Positions 8,752 through 19,490 are shown, counted from the first letter of the stretch. The stretch: DNA of 64,000 nucleotides from an uncultured Verrucomicrobiae bacterium (GCA_963719495.1 CAVRCI010000014.1:32001-96000), one strand, 5' to 3'. Notes: a model not told the origin generated them from the letters alone. Numbers and translations: made by a program.

Positions 8752-9662
8752 CTCGCGGTGATCTTGAGGTGGATGGAAACGAGGTCGCTGACGAGGTGCT
8801 GGCCGAGGCGGGCGAAGAATTTGCCCGAGCCGTAAAGGACGTTCCATTTCGTGCGGTCGATCTGGAGGGTGGCTTGGGCGACAAGGTCGCCGGTGGCGGT
8901 CGCTCCGATGGCGGCGAGAAAATCGACGGGTTGCGTGATGCCTTTGAGCGTGAGGGTGCCGGAGACGAAATGGTTTGGCTCGCCCGGGCTGCACGACTCG
9001 ACGGGGCGGATCGCGGTGAGCGTGAACGTGCTGGCAGGGAACTGCTCGCTGTCCAAGAAATCGGGAGACATGAGGTGTCCGGCGAGGGCGCGTTCGAGCT
9101 TCGGATCGGTGAGGTCGGTGGATTTGATCGTCGTGAGGTCGAGTTGAATTTCGCCAGTGGTGGGCTCACCGTCGCGGAGTTCGATCCGACCGCCGAGGAC
9201 GTCGATGGTGCCGTGATGGCGGTTGGCGATGTTACGCCCGGTCCATTCGAGAAGGCTCTGGCCGGGGTCGACCGTGAGGGTGCGGGTGAGTGGAGTCGGC
9301 GCCTGATCTTCGTCGGTCAAACCCTCGATGGCGAAGCCGGCTTGGCGCCATTCGGCAAGACCGCCTCGAAAGTCGAGGACGCGCCGGTATCCCGCGCTGG
9401 TGAGGCGGTCGGCGGCCATGGCGGAGGCGAGGCTGTCGGTGTTCAGATCGTAAACGACGACGAGCTGATCGGGATTGGGGATGAGGGGGCGGGCGACGTC
9501 GAGGAAATCGGTCTGGTAGACGCAGGCGTTCACGGCGCCGGGGATACGCTCGGCCTCGAAGGACTCGGGGGGGAGGACGTCGAGGAGGATGAGGGCTTCG
9601 GGGCCAGTGAGGAGGGCTTGGAGGTCAGAGGCGGTGATTGGCTCGGTGGTGGAGAAACTCAT
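8748..9662 (-). CDS. Rhodanese-like + YceI domain protein
   Basis: N-terminal LLDV..RIPGA..GG..EW; C-terminal GHLMSPDFLD..FP, GTLTLKGIT, IDRTKWNV.YGS. Confidence 0.85.
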   Translation of the reverse strand: MSFSTTEPITASDLQALLTGPEALILLDVLPPESFEAERIPGAVNACVYQTDFLDVARPLIPNPDQLVVVYDLNTDSLASAMAADRLTSAGYRRVLDFRGGLAEWRQAGFAIEGLTDEDQAPTPLTRTLTVDPGQSLLEWTGRNIANRHHGTIDVLGGRIELRDGEPTTGEIQLDLTTIKSTDLTDPKLERALAGHLMSPDFLDSEQFPASTFTLTAIRPVESCSPGEPNHFVSGTLTLKGITQPVDFLAAIGATATGDLVAQATLQIDRTKWNVLYGSGKFFARLGQHLVSDLVSIHLKITAR

Positions 9663-9685
9663 TGCTGGATATTGTCGAAGTGGGC

Positions 9686-11533
9686 CTAGAAAGCGAAGCA
9701 GTCGCAGCCGCCATCGAGCAGTCCCCGAGGTCCGAGCATCCACTGGGGGATCATCGAACGGTTGGCTTTCGTGGATGGCGCTGGGTGGTGCGAGCAGCAG
9801 TTCGTGCCGGGGTGCTGGTGGAGCTGCTCCCCGAAGCGAGGTTGCCAGTAGCCGGGAAATTTCTGGACCGGCGACCAGTCGGGCATGACGGGGAGTTCGC
9901 CGGGGTCGTGGGGTTTGAACTCCTGCGCTGCGTAGACGGGTTTGCCGCCCATGATGGTGAGCACGGATTCGAGGGCTTTGATCTCTTCGTCCGGCACGGC
10001 GAAATAGTCGTCACTCAACACCGCGACGTCGGCGAATTGGCCGACTTTGAGATTCCCGCGCGTCGCCGACTGGCGCGACATCCACGCGCTGCCCTCGGTG
10101 AAGAGTCGGAGCGCTTCCTCGCGACTGAGTTGCGCCTTTTCGGGATAGAGCGAGAGACCGCCCACGGTGCGCCCGGTCGTCAGCCAATACAGCGAGACGA
10201 ACGGGTTGAAACTCGCCACGCGCGTCGCGTCGGTCCCCGCTCCGACGGGCACGCCCATCTCGAGCATGCGGCGGATGGGCGGCGTGCGCTCGGCGGCCGC
10301 CGCGCCGTAGCGGTCGACGAAGTATTCGCCCTGGAAGGCCATGCGGTGCTGCACGGCGATGCCGCCGTCGAGCGCTTTCACGCGCTCGATGTTCCGGTCG
10401 GAGATCGTCTCGCAGTGGTCGAAGAACCAATGCAGGCCCTCAAGCGGCGCGTGGGCGTTCACGCGCTCGAAGACGTCGAGGAAACGCGAGATCGATTCGT
10501 CGTAGGTCGCGTGCAGGCGGAAGGGCCAGCGGCTCTCGGCGAGGAATCCCACGACCCGCTCGAGTTCGCTCTCCAGCTTGTCGTCGAGGTCGGGCCGCGG
10601 CTCGAGGAAGTCCTCGAAGTCCGCCGCCGAGAAGACGAGCATTTCGCCCGCGCCGTTGCAGCGCAGCAGTTCGTCGCCGTCGTCGGGCTTGATGATTTTC
10701 GACCAGCGCACGAAGTCCTCGAGTTCGCCGCCGGGCTTCTGGGTGAAGAGGTTGTAGGCGATGCGCAGCGTCATCTCGCCGCGCTCGTGAAGCTGGCGGA
10801 TGATCTCGTAATCCTCGGGATAATTCTGAAACCCGCCGCCCGCGTCGCACACGCCGGTGAGTCCGAGGCGGTTCAATTCGCGCATGAAGTGGCGCGTCGA
10901 GTTGTATTGATACTCCATCGGGAGCTTCGGCCCCATCGCGAGCGTGGCGTAGAGGATCATCGCGTTGGGCCGCGCCACCAGCATGCCGGTCGGATTGCCG
11001 GCCTTGTCGCGCACGATCTCGCCGCCGGGCGGGTTCGGCGTGTCCTTCGTGTAGCCGCACGCCTTGAGCGCGGCCTGGTTCAGCATCGCGCGGCAGTAAA
11101 GGTGCAGCACGAAGACGGGCGTGTCGGGCGCGGCGGCGTTGATCTCCGCCAGCGTCGGCATGCGGCGCTCGGCGAACTGGAATTCGCTCCACCCACCGAC
11201 CACGCGCACCCACTGCGGCGCGGGCGTGCGCTCGGCCTGGTCGCGCAGCATTTGCAGCGCGATCGAAACGGACGGCACGCCTTCCCAGCGCAGCTCGAGG
11301 TTGTAATTCAACCCGCCGCGGATGACGTGCAGGTGCGAGTCGTAAAGGCCGGGAATGGCGCGACGGCCTCCGAGATCGATGACTTTCGACTCCAGGCCGC
11401 GCTCGAAATCGGCGGCGTTGTCCACTCCGGCGATGCGCCCGTCCTTGATGACGAGTTCCTTCGCTTCGGGGTGCTGACGGTCGAGAGTCGTGATGCGACC
11501 GTTGATGAGAATGAGATCGGCGGTGGGTTTCAT
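9686..11533 (-). CDS. YtcJ-like amidohydrolase (amidohydro_3)
   Basis: IDLGGRRAIPGLYDSHLH, RLHATY, DHCE, GTDATRV; C-terminal GCDCFAF. Confidence 0.9.
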   Translation of the reverse strand: MKPTADLILINGRITTLDRQHPEAKELVIKDGRIAGVDNAADFERGLESKVIDLGGRRAIPGLYDSHLHVIRGGLNYNLELRWEGVPSVSIALQMLRDQAERTPAPQWVRVVGGWSEFQFAERRMPTLAEINAAAPDTPVFVLHLYCRAMLNQAALKACGYTKDTPNPPGGEIVRDKAGNPTGMLVARPNAMILYATLAMGPKLPMEYQYNSTRHFMRELNRLGLTGVCDAGGGFQNYPEDYEIIRQLHERGEMTLRIAYNLFTQKPGGELEDFVRWSKIIKPDDGDELLRCNGAGEMLVFSAADFEDFLEPRPDLDDKLESELERVVGFLAESRWPFRLHATYDESISRFLDVFERVNAHAPLEGLHWFFDHCETISDRNIERVKALDGGIAVQHRMAFQGEYFVDRYGAAAAERTPPIRRMLEMGVPVGAGTDATRVASFNPFVSLYWLTTGRTVGGLSLYPEKAQLSREEALRLFTEGSAWMSRQSATRGNLKVGQFADVAVLSDDYFAVPDEEIKALESVLTIMGGKPVYAAQEFKPHDPGELPVMPDWSPVQKFPGYWQPRFGEQLHQHPGTNCCSHHPAPSTKANRSMIPQWMLGPRGLLDGGCDCFAF

Positions 11534-12093
11534 GGGATTTCGGTGTTGGAGATGGGGTTGGGTTGGAGCCACGGGTGGGCGAGCCGGACGAGGAGCGGCA
11601 TCGCGATCCAAGTGAGGACGGCCGTGATGCCGGCCGCTATCGCGCCAGCGACGAGGAGCCCAGGGATCACGCCAGTGAGAAGCGGCCCGAGCGCAGCGGG
11701 AACGATCATGCTCACCGGCCAGACGGCGATCCACGTGAGCAGCGCCATCTTCCAGACCGGCGGATGACCGCCGGCGGGATCGCGGAACCACGCTTCGAGG
11801 CCCGTCAGTTTGCGGTAATCGGCGTGGCCTTCGACGAGCGGTTCGATCTCGGCGACCCACTCCTGGTAGAGGCTCGATTGGTAAAAAGCGTCCCGGTCGT
11901 CCGCCGTCGCGAAGCTGCGAAGGATGCCGTATTCGCGGGCCTCGGACCCTGGCGGGGGGTGCAAGAGATGCACCCCCCGCGATCCGGGTTCCGCGAGCGA
12001 GCGACTGGCAAAGGTCGCCAGCGCGCTCTCGAATTCCGCGACGTGCTCCGGTCGGACGCGCCGCGTGATCGCGATGTGAAGAGACTCGCTCAT
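11530..12093 (-). CDS. Antibiotic biosynthesis monooxygenase (ABM)-domain membrane protein
   Basis: ABM-like N-terminus, TGLEAWF and P.WKMALLTW motifs, two C-terminal hydrophobic helices. Confidence 0.8.
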   Translation of the reverse strand: MSESLHIAITRRVRPEHVAEFESALATFASRSLAEPGSRGVHLLHPPPGSEAREYGILRSFATADDRDAFYQSSLYQEWVAEIEPLVEGHADYRKLTGLEAWFRDPAGGHPPVWKMALLTWIAVWPVSMIVPAALGPLLTGVIPGLLVAGAIAAGITAVLTWIAMPLLVRLAHPWLQPNPISNTEIP

Positions 12094-12115
12094 CGGATGG
12101 ACGGGGAGGCTGGGA

Positions 12116-12793
12116 TCAGTGGCCGAGACCGCCCTTGACGACCTGCGGGGACCGCGCCGACTGCGGTGCCTTGTGCACCATCGTGTAGGCGTATTCCACG
12201 CCGATGCCGTAGGCTCCGCCGTGTTCCTTCACGATCCCCATCAGCGCGTCGTAGTGCTCGCGCCGCGCCCAGTCGCGCTGCCATTCCAGCAGACCCGGGA
12301 TCGCCGTCGTGCGCACCGCGCCCGCCTGCACCATCCGGCTGAGTGCCGCATCGTGCGCCGCGACCGAAGTCGCCCCGCAGCAATCGTCCACCACGAAGAC
12401 GTTGTAGCCCTCGCCCAGCATTTCGATGGTCGGCCACGTCACGCAGACCTCCGTCCAGAGGCCGGTCATGATGATGTTTTTCTTCCCGGTCGCCTTGATC
12501 GCATCGCGGAATTCCGAGCTGTCCCACGAGTTCATGCTCGTGCGTTCGATCACCTCCTGGCCCTCGAAGACGTCGAGCAGCTCGGGCCAAATGTAGCCGG
12601 AGAAACTCTCCGTCTCGACGGCGGTCAACACCGTCGGGATGCCGAAGAGCTTCGCGACTTTGGCGATCATGATGACGTTGTTCTTGAGCGCCTGCTTGTC
12701 GATGTTCGCCACGCCGAAGGACATCTGCGGCTGGTGGTCGATGAAGGCGATGGCCGAGTCCTCGGCCGTGAAGAGTTGGTGGTATTTATTCAT
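12116..12793 (-). CDS. YcaC-like isochorismatase-family cysteine hydrolase
   Basis: FIDHQPQM, ERTSMNSW, GLWTEVC, EWQRDWAR. Confidence 0.9.
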   Translation of the reverse strand: MNKYHQLFTAEDSAIAFIDHQPQMSFGVANIDKQALKNNVIMIAKVAKLFGIPTVLTAVETESFSGYIWPELLDVFEGQEVIERTSMNSWDSSEFRDAIKATGKKNIIMTGLWTEVCVTWPTIEMLGEGYNVFVVDDCCGATSVAAHDAALSRMVQAGAVRTTAIPGLLEWQRDWARREHYDALMGIVKEHGGAYGIGVEYAYTMVHKAPQSARSPQVVKGGLGH

Positions 12794-12826
12794 TATGTGG
12801 TTTGGGTTGGGTTTGCTCTGAGGGAT

Positions 12827-13525
12827 TCATCGAAGGTCGAAAAGCAGCGCCTCGAACGCGCTGCCAGCGGTCAGCACGACGGGTCCGGCCTCTTCGCTGG
12901 AGACCGCGTCACCGGCGGCCACGGCCGTTCCGTTGACGTCGGCGGAGCCGCCGATCACCTGTAGCCAGACGGCCCGCCCCGGGGCGATGTGGTGCTCGGC
13001 GGAGGCACCCGCGTCGAGTCGGACGCGGAAGACCGAGACATCCTGGTGGATCGTCGCCGACCCATCCCGTCCGTCCTCCGAGATCACGAGCACCATCGCG
13101 TCACCGTCCGGGCCGTCCTTCGGATGCCATTCCGTGTAGCCGGGCGTGAGTCCGCGCTCCTTCGGGAGGATCCAGATCTGCAGAAAGTGGAGCGGGTCCG
13201 TCGCCGACGGATTGAATTCGCTGTGCCGCACCCCCGTCCCGGCACTCATGAGCTGGATCTGCCCCGGTCGCAACTGCCGACCATTTCCCAGGCTGTCCCG
13301 GTGCTCCAGCGTCCCGTCGAGCACGTAGCTGAAGATCTCCATGTCCTGATGGGGGTGGGTCGGAAACCCGCCGCCCGGCGCCACGACGTCCTGATTGAGC
13401 ACCCGCAGTGACCGAAATCCCAGGTGCTCCGGGTCGTGGTAGCCCGCGAAACTGAAGCTATGCCGACTCTTCAGCCAACCGTGGTCGGCGCGGCCCCGCT
13501 CGTTGCTTGGTCGGATCTTCAACAT
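12827..13525 (-). CDS. Pirin-family protein (YhhW-like)
   Basis: RGRADHGWL.S.HSFSF, GFPTHPHQDMEI, MSAGTGVRHSEFN. Confidence 0.92.
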   Translation of the reverse strand: MLKIRPSNERGRADHGWLKSRHSFSFAGYHDPEHLGFRSLRVLNQDVVAPGGGFPTHPHQDMEIFSYVLDGTLEHRDSLGNGRQLRPGQIQLMSAGTGVRHSEFNPSATDPLHFLQIWILPKERGLTPGYTEWHPKDGPDGDAMVLVISEDGRDGSATIHQDVSVFRVRLDAGASAEHHIAPGRAVWLQVIGGSADVNGTAVAAGDAVSSEEAGPVVLTAGSAFEALLFDLR

Positions 13526-13647
13526 GCCCCCACCGTCCCCGCCAGCTGCTCCGCCCACAAGGGCGCGGACGGAGGGGGTCCGCCCCTCCCAAATGGGAGA
13601 AGCGTAAAGTCCTGCCACGAACAGCGGTCGCATTGTAAGCTTGGGAA

Positions 13648-16488
13648 ATGGCATCCCTTGTCGATCGACCCGAAAACCTCGCGCTATCCAGCGATCCCCT
13701 TTCAGGCGCGGTGCTGACAATCTCGGAAAAACTGCTGCGACTCCAAGACTTCGACGAAGCCGTGCGCTCGTCTCTCGAAGTGCTCTGCAAGGCGGTCGAG
13801 ATGGATCGATGCGCGCTACTTGACAACGTGACGGCCGCTGGCGAACCCGGTCTGGAGTTGTGGCGCGGAGTAGCCGAGTATTGCCAGCCTGGTATCACCC
13901 CTCAATTGACGTCGGATCATTCGACGGGCTCGCTCGAGGACATGCGTGTCTGGCTGGACATGGCTCTCGCGGGGGCGACTTCCCTCGACGCCCGCGCGGG
14001 CGAATTCCCTGATGCCGCCTTGAATGTCGCAATGGCGGCACTGGAAACCCGCTACACGGTGGTATTCCCGATCTGGATCGACGGAGCGCTGTGGGGTTGG
14101 CTCGGATTCGATGACTGCACGACGGACCGCGTGCGCTCTGGGAAAGAGAAGCGTGCTTTGACGACCGCGGCCCAGATCTTTGGGCTGTCGATCGACCGCC
14201 ACCGCAAGCAAGCCCGGCTCATCGAGGTGGAGCGACAGAAGGCGTCCGCCGACCGCGCCGCCCGCGCCGTCGCGGAAAAACGCCGCCGTCTCCTCGAAGT
14301 GCTCAAAGACGTTTCGGACCAACTGTTGGCAACCTCTTCCTGGCGTCACCTCGCCAACCGTATCACCGCCAACGTCGGCTCAGCCCTAAAAGTCGACCGC
14401 TTCCGCCTCGTTCGCTACCTCCCCCCGGACGAACACAGCGAGCGCGGCTATCTCGAAATCCTGAACGAATGGACCCGACCCGGCGTGTCCCGGCAGACCG
14501 AAGATCCCAACCAGCGGGTCTTCTCGATGGATCCATACCCGGATGTCTTCGACCAGATGAGCGTCGGCGTTCTCGTTCAGGCCTTGATCGAAGGGTTGGA
14601 AATCGAAGCCGGTCGCGAGGAACAGGCCGCCACCGGGGCCAAATCGCAATTCCAGTATCCGATCCTGGTCGATGGCACGCTCTGGGGCTCCATCGGCGTG
14701 GACGATTGCTCCGAGCCGCGCGTCTGGCCGGAGGAAGAAATTTCCACGCTACAGATTCTGGCCTCCGCCTTGGCCAACGTCATCAAGCGCGAGTCTCTCG
14801 AAGAGGAACGCATTCACCTCGCAGAGTCGCGAGCCAACGAAAACGCGGCGCACGCCAGGCTGCTGCAGGACATTCTCACCGCGTCGCGCGACCTGCTCGA
14901 CGGCGACAACTACGAAGAAAAGCTCGTGGGCTGGCTCGCCCGCCTCGGCACCGCGTGCGGCGCCCATTCGGCCGGCTACGGCACGAACGAACTCGACCAG
15001 CAAACCGGGGAACCCAAAAATCTTCCGCAAGCCACCTGGAATGCGGCTGAGTATTCCCATCTCCGAATGACGGACGCGATTCCAGTAACCACGGATTTCC
15101 ACGACTGGACCGAGCGGCTCAGCCACGGCGAATCGATTTGGGAGGTCTATTCGGAGTTGCGCGATCCGGCATCCCGGCGGTTCTGGGATTCCACCGGTTG
15201 CCGGACCTCAGCCATCGTCCCGGTTGGTCTCGAGGAAGGAACCTTCGGATGGCTGTTTTTCGATTTTGCCGATGAACGTCCGAAAAACCCGATCCAACTC
15301 TCCGCCCTGCAAACCGCGGCGGAAAGTCTCGGTGCCGTCATCCGCCAGACCACCGCCCGACGCCGCCTCTTCGCGGAAAAACGACACCGCCTCGACGACC
15401 TTGCGCGCACCAACAACGCGCTGTCCGCCAGCATGAACGCGCTCGCCGGGAGCAACACTCCGCAGGCGGTGGTCGCACGGATCACCACCCTCATCACCCG
15501 CACCCTGGGTGGACGCGACAGCCGCATCCACCCCATCACCGCGAGCAACGAGACCGCCCCTTCCTCACCCGCGGCGCACCCGAGCACCCCGGAACCGACC
15601 ATCCTGCGCCGGTCGTCGGAGAGTTCCGACGAGATCGACCCCGAGATCTGCAGCGAGATGAAGGCCGCTGGAACGACCTGGCTCATCCACCTCCCGCTGC
15701 GAGCCGACGGTGAGACCAAGTGGACACTGGCCGTGACCGGACGAGATGAGGAAGGGCTGACCCCGCCAAACCTTCGGCTGCTGAAGACGCTTTCCCAGCA
15801 ACTCACGCTCGCCCTCGAACTCGAGCGCCTCGGCGAAGAATCCCGCGATGCCCTCGTGGCCGAAAGCCGGATCAATTCCCAAAAAGCCGCGCTCCAGGAG
15901 CGAACCCGGATCGCCGGGCAGATCCACGACACGCTCGCGCAGAGTTTCACCGCCATGATGCTCCACCTCGAGGCCCTCGCCGTCCGCACGGCGCAAGGTC
16001 ACCCCCCCGCCGAGGCCGAATTGCGCAGAGTGAGAAACATCGCCGCCCTGGGACTCTCGGAAGCGCGGCGATCCACTCTCGTCATCCGGCCGCTGGAACT
16101 CGACGGCATCGACCTATCCACGGCCCTCAGCCAACTCGTTGATCGCTCGCGCTTGCCCAGCCTGCTCGAATGCCACTATCGTCAGGCGGGCACGCCATTT
16201 TCGCTCGGCCATTCCACCCAGGACGCCTTCCTCAACATCGCCCACGAATCGGTCAACAACGCCATTCGACACGCCGAGGCCCGGACGATCACCATCGAAC
16301 TCGCGTTCGCCGCCGCCGCCGTCACATTGAAGATCAGCGACGATGGCCGCGGGTTCGAAGCGACGGCGCACGACCGGACGTTCGGCCTGCGGTCGATGCG
16401 CGAACGCGCCAGCGCGATTCAAGCCACCCTCGACGTGCAATCGTTCCCCAACCGGGGAACGACGATCTCCGTTCATCTGCTCAAATGA
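13648..16488 (+). CDS. Multi-GAF sensor histidine kinase (HisKA_3, NarX-like)
   Basis: Repeated LWG.(L/I)G.DDC GAF motifs; ERTRIAGQIHDTLAQ H-box; ESVNNAIRHA, DDGRGF, GLRSMRERA. Confidence 0.9.
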   Translation: MASLVDRPENLALSSDPLSGAVLTISEKLLRLQDFDEAVRSSLEVLCKAVEMDRCALLDNVTAAGEPGLELWRGVAEYCQPGITPQLTSDHSTGSLEDMRVWLDMALAGATSLDARAGEFPDAALNVAMAALETRYTVVFPIWIDGALWGWLGFDDCTTDRVRSGKEKRALTTAAQIFGLSIDRHRKQARLIEVERQKASADRAARAVAEKRRRLLEVLKDVSDQLLATSSWRHLANRITANVGSALKVDRFRLVRYLPPDEHSERGYLEILNEWTRPGVSRQTEDPNQRVFSMDPYPDVFDQMSVGVLVQALIEGLEIEAGREEQAATGAKSQFQYPILVDGTLWGSIGVDDCSEPRVWPEEEISTLQILASALANVIKRESLEEERIHLAESRANENAAHARLLQDILTASRDLLDGDNYEEKLVGWLARLGTACGAHSAGYGTNELDQQTGEPKNLPQATWNAAEYSHLRMTDAIPVTTDFHDWTERLSHGESIWEVYSELRDPASRRFWDSTGCRTSAIVPVGLEEGTFGWLFFDFADERPKNPIQLSALQTAAESLGAVIRQTTARRRLFAEKRHRLDDLARTNNALSASMNALAGSNTPQAVVARITTLITRTLGGRDSRIHPITASNETAPSSPAAHPSTPEPTILRRSSESSDEIDPEICSEMKAAGTTWLIHLPLRADGETKWTLAVTGRDEEGLTPPNLRLLKTLSQQLTLALELERLGEESRDALVAESRINSQKAALQERTRIAGQIHDTLAQSFTAMMLHLEALAVRTAQGHPPAEAELRRVRNIAALGLSEARRSTLVIRPLELDGIDLSTALSQLVDRSRLPSLLECHYRQAGTPFSLGHSTQDAFLNIAHESVNNAIRHAEARTITIELAFAAAAVTLKISDDGRGFEATAHDRTFGLRSMRERASAIQATLDVQSFPNRGTTISVHLLK

Positions 16489-17120
16489 AAAAGCGACCCA
16501 AACCGAAAGCGATCCGCATTTTGCTCGCCGACGATCATCCCGTGGTCACGCAGGGCCTGGCCGCGATCATCGCGACCTCGCCAGGGTTGGAGGTCGTCGG
16601 CACCGCCTGCGACGGAGCGGAAGCAATCCGGATGGTCGACGAGTTGCGACCCGACGCCCTCATCCTCGATCTTCGCATGCCCGGAATGGACGGCTTCGAA
16701 GTCGTCAAGCGCTTGATCGAAGCATCGGTGCCGACGGGAATTCTGATCATGACGACCTACGACACCGACGAAGACATCTGGCGTTGCCTCAAAGCCGGCG
16801 CAAAAGGCTACCTGCTCAAGGATGCCAGCCAGCCCGAGATCGTGGCCGCCATCCGGACGGTGGCGGCTGGGGGATCGGTCACGGCGCCGTCGCTCACGGC
16901 GAAGATCGTCCGCCGGGCGAACGCCCGGGAGCTGACGGACCGCGAATCAGCCGTGCTGGAACACATCGCGGCTGGGCGAACGAACAAGGAAATTGCGATG
17001 GCGCTGGAGATCGGAGAGGGCACGGTCAAAACGCACGTCAAACACCTGTTGGAGAAATTAGAGGCGACGACCCGCACCGAAGCCGCGCGAAATGCTCGGT
17101 TGCGCGGTCTGGTGGAATGA
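16485..17120 (+). CDS. NarL/LuxR-family response regulator
   Basis: LADDHPVV, LDLRMPGMDG, LTDRE..VL...G.TNKEIA, TVKTHV. Confidence 0.93.
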   Translation: MKKRPKPKAIRILLADDHPVVTQGLAAIIATSPGLEVVGTACDGAEAIRMVDELRPDALILDLRMPGMDGFEVVKRLIEASVPTGILIMTTYDTDEDIWRCLKAGAKGYLLKDASQPEIVAAIRTVAAGGSVTAPSLTAKIVRRANARELTDRESAVLEHIAAGRTNKEIAMALEIGEGTVKTHVKHLLEKLEATTRTEAARNARLRGLVE

Positions 17121-17240
17121 TCCCACCGAACTCGACTATCTCTCAAGACACGAACGCTTGGCTTTCCCCCAATCGGGGGAGTTGGACCTCTTCCGAGTGC
17201 TTGGGCGACGGCTCGGAAGGCGGGCGTTACGGTCGAGGGC

Positions 17241-17723
17241 ATGGCAACTCGGAAGGCAGTCAGAAAGCTGGGACTCGCCGCTCTAGCTCCCACCGGGTTA
17301 AGGTGGACCGAGGACGTGGGCATCCTCGGATTGCGGGTCGCAGCCGGGTCCATGATCGCGGTCTTCCACGGTTGGCACAAACTGACGCAGGGACTGGCGT
17401 TCCTGAGAGACGGTTCGTCCTGGCCGCTGCTGGCCGACGTGGAGGCGCTGGGGTTGCCGGGGCCGATATTCGGGGCATTCGCCGCGACGATTACGCAACT
17501 CGTCGGGGGAATCTGCGTGACGGTTGGATTCCTGACCCGTCCGGCGGCATTGGCGATCTTCGGCTCATTGACAGTGGCCGTCTTCGCGAACGTGGCTATG
17601 GGGGACGATCCGCAGTTGGCGGCGGTTTATGCGGTGATGTTCGCCGCCTTGACGTTGATCGGGGGCGGGCGCTGGTCGATCGATGCCGTGGTCTTCGGAA
17701 GGGGAAAATATGGAGCGATCTAA
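17241..17723 (+). CDS. DoxX-family membrane protein
   Basis: LRV..G.....HGW.KL, GFLTRPAA, GGGRWSID. Confidence 0.85.
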   Translation: MATRKAVRKLGLAALAPTGLRWTEDVGILGLRVAAGSMIAVFHGWHKLTQGLAFLRDGSSWPLLADVEALGLPGPIFGAFAATITQLVGGICVTVGFLTRPAALAIFGSLTVAVFANVAMGDDPQLAAVYAVMFAALTLIGGGRWSIDAVVFGRGKYGAI

Positions 17724-19314
17724 GAGCGAAGCGGGGCCGAAGGGCGGGAGTGCATTTGCCCCTCTGCGGAACCCGCTCTTTCGAGCGTTGTGGATCGCGA
17801 CAGTCGTGTCGAATGTCGGGACGTGGATGCAAAACGTCGGGGCGTCGTGGCTGATGACCTCGCTGGCTCCCTCGCCGACGATGGTCGCGTTGGTGCAGGC
17901 TGCAACGAGTTTGCCGATGTTTTTTCTCGCCCTTCCAGCTGGTGCGCTGGCGGACGTGCTCGACCGTCGGAAGGTCTATATGTGGACGCAAGGGTGGATG
18001 GCGGCGACGGCGCTTCTGCTCGCAGTGTCGACAGCGATGGGGTGGATGAATGCGTGGACGTTGCTGGCATTCACGTTTGCTCTGGGCATCGGCGTGGCGC
18101 TCAACACGCCGGCGTCTCAGGCGATCACGCCGGAGCTGGTGTCGCGGGAAGATCTGCCCTCAGCTATCGCGCTCAGTAGCGCGGGCTTCAACGTTGCGCG
18201 GGCGATCGGCCCGGCGGTGGGTGGAATCCTGGTGGCGGTGACGGGCCCGGCGGCGAATTTTGCCTTGAACGGGGTTTCATTTCTCGGAGCGCTCGTCGTG
18301 ATCTACCGTTGGCGACGGGAGCCGAGGTCAAGCGTTCTTCCTGCGGAGCGCTTGATCGGGGCAATGCGAGCGGGTGCGCGATTCGTCTTCCATGCGCCTG
18401 CGTTGCAGACGGTGCTAGTGCGGGCAGTTGTCTTCATCCTCGCTGGGACAGCGCTGTGGGCGCTGCTGCCGCTGATCGCGCGGGAGGAGCTCGGGATGGG
18501 GCCGCTGGGCTACGGCCTTCTTCTGGGGTGTCTCGGGGCCGGCGCTTTGGCGGGTGCGATCGTGTTGCCGAGGGCGCGCGGGAAAGTTTCGGTGGATGAG
18601 CTGGTGGTGGGATCGACGGTGATCTTTGCGGGGGTGACGGTGGCGGTCGGGTTTTTGCAAAACCCGTGGGTGCTGGGGGTCGTGATGTTTTTCGGCGGTA
18701 GCGCGTGGCTGGCCGTGCTGTCGAGTCTGAACGTGGCGACTCAATCGTCGATTCCGTCCTGGGTGCGGGCGCGGGCGTTGGCGGTTTACCTGCTGGTTTT
18801 CTTGGGAAGCATGGCCTTCGGGAGCGTCCTGTGGGGGGCGGTCGCGGGAGCGGTGGGGATCCCGGTGGCGCTGGCGATCTCGGCCGGGGCGCTGGTGGTG
18901 GGATTGGTGGCCACGCCGTGGTTTCGATTGGCGGCGGGGGATGGAGTGGACTTCACGCCATCCGGGCACTGGGCGCAGCCGGTCGTGCTGGGCGAGCCAC
19001 CTCTGGAGGGCACGCCGGTGCTGGTGTCGGTGGAATACGAGGTCGAGCCGGAGCGAGGCTACGAGTTCGCGGAACTGATGCGGACTTTGCGGCATCACCG
19101 GCTGAGGGATGGCGCGATCCGGTGGGAGCTTTTCCACGATGCGGCGGCACCTGGGATTTTCGTCGAGGCTTTCCTGGTCGAGTCCTGGGTGGAACATTTA
19201 CGTCAGCATGAGCGAGCGACGGCGAGTGACAGGGAGTATCACGAACGGGCGCGGGCCTATCATGTGGGGGAGAAGCCACCTGTCGTGAAACACCTCCTAG
19301 CGAACCGGAATTGA
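17710..19314 (+). CDS. MFS transporter with C-terminal soluble extension
   Basis: FRALWIATVVSNVGTWMQ, GALADVLDRR, ESWVEHLRQHER. Confidence 0.9.
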   Translation: MERSKSEAGPKGGSAFAPLRNPLFRALWIATVVSNVGTWMQNVGASWLMTSLAPSPTMVALVQAATSLPMFFLALPAGALADVLDRRKVYMWTQGWMAATALLLAVSTAMGWMNAWTLLAFTFALGIGVALNTPASQAITPELVSREDLPSAIALSSAGFNVARAIGPAVGGILVAVTGPAANFALNGVSFLGALVVIYRWRREPRSSVLPAERLIGAMRAGARFVFHAPALQTVLVRAVVFILAGTALWALLPLIAREELGMGPLGYGLLLGCLGAGALAGAIVLPRARGKVSVDELVVGSTVIFAGVTVAVGFLQNPWVLGVVMFFGGSAWLAVLSSLNVATQSSIPSWVRARALAVYLLVFLGSMAFGSVLWGAVAGAVGIPVALAISAGALVVGLVATPWFRLAAGDGVDFTPSGHWAQPVVLGEPPLEGTPVLVSVEYEVEPERGYEFAELMRTLRHHRLRDGAIRWELFHDAAAPGIFVEAFLVESWVEHLRQHERATASDREYHERARAYHVGEKPPVVKHLLANRN

Positions 19315-19490
19315 ATCCACCCAACGACTCCCGGTGCACCGTCCGAGAGTCGGTTGCGTTCGATGGAAAGAGCCGTTGAAATGGTGGCAGGAATCGGGCT
19401 TATGAAGTCGAATGAAGTTTTGAGTTAGCGAATGGTTTAGGGATCTCGCAATAAGTTGGTGATTACGACAATTGGAAGCCGAGCTGGTCT

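Noticed and set aside
9638..11767. Long antisense and alternate-frame ORFs (also 19614-20939, 26192-27796, 48626-50923, 59035-61083, 61534-62955)
   Set aside because: Shadow frames of recognisable genes in high-GC DNA, with no motifs of their own.
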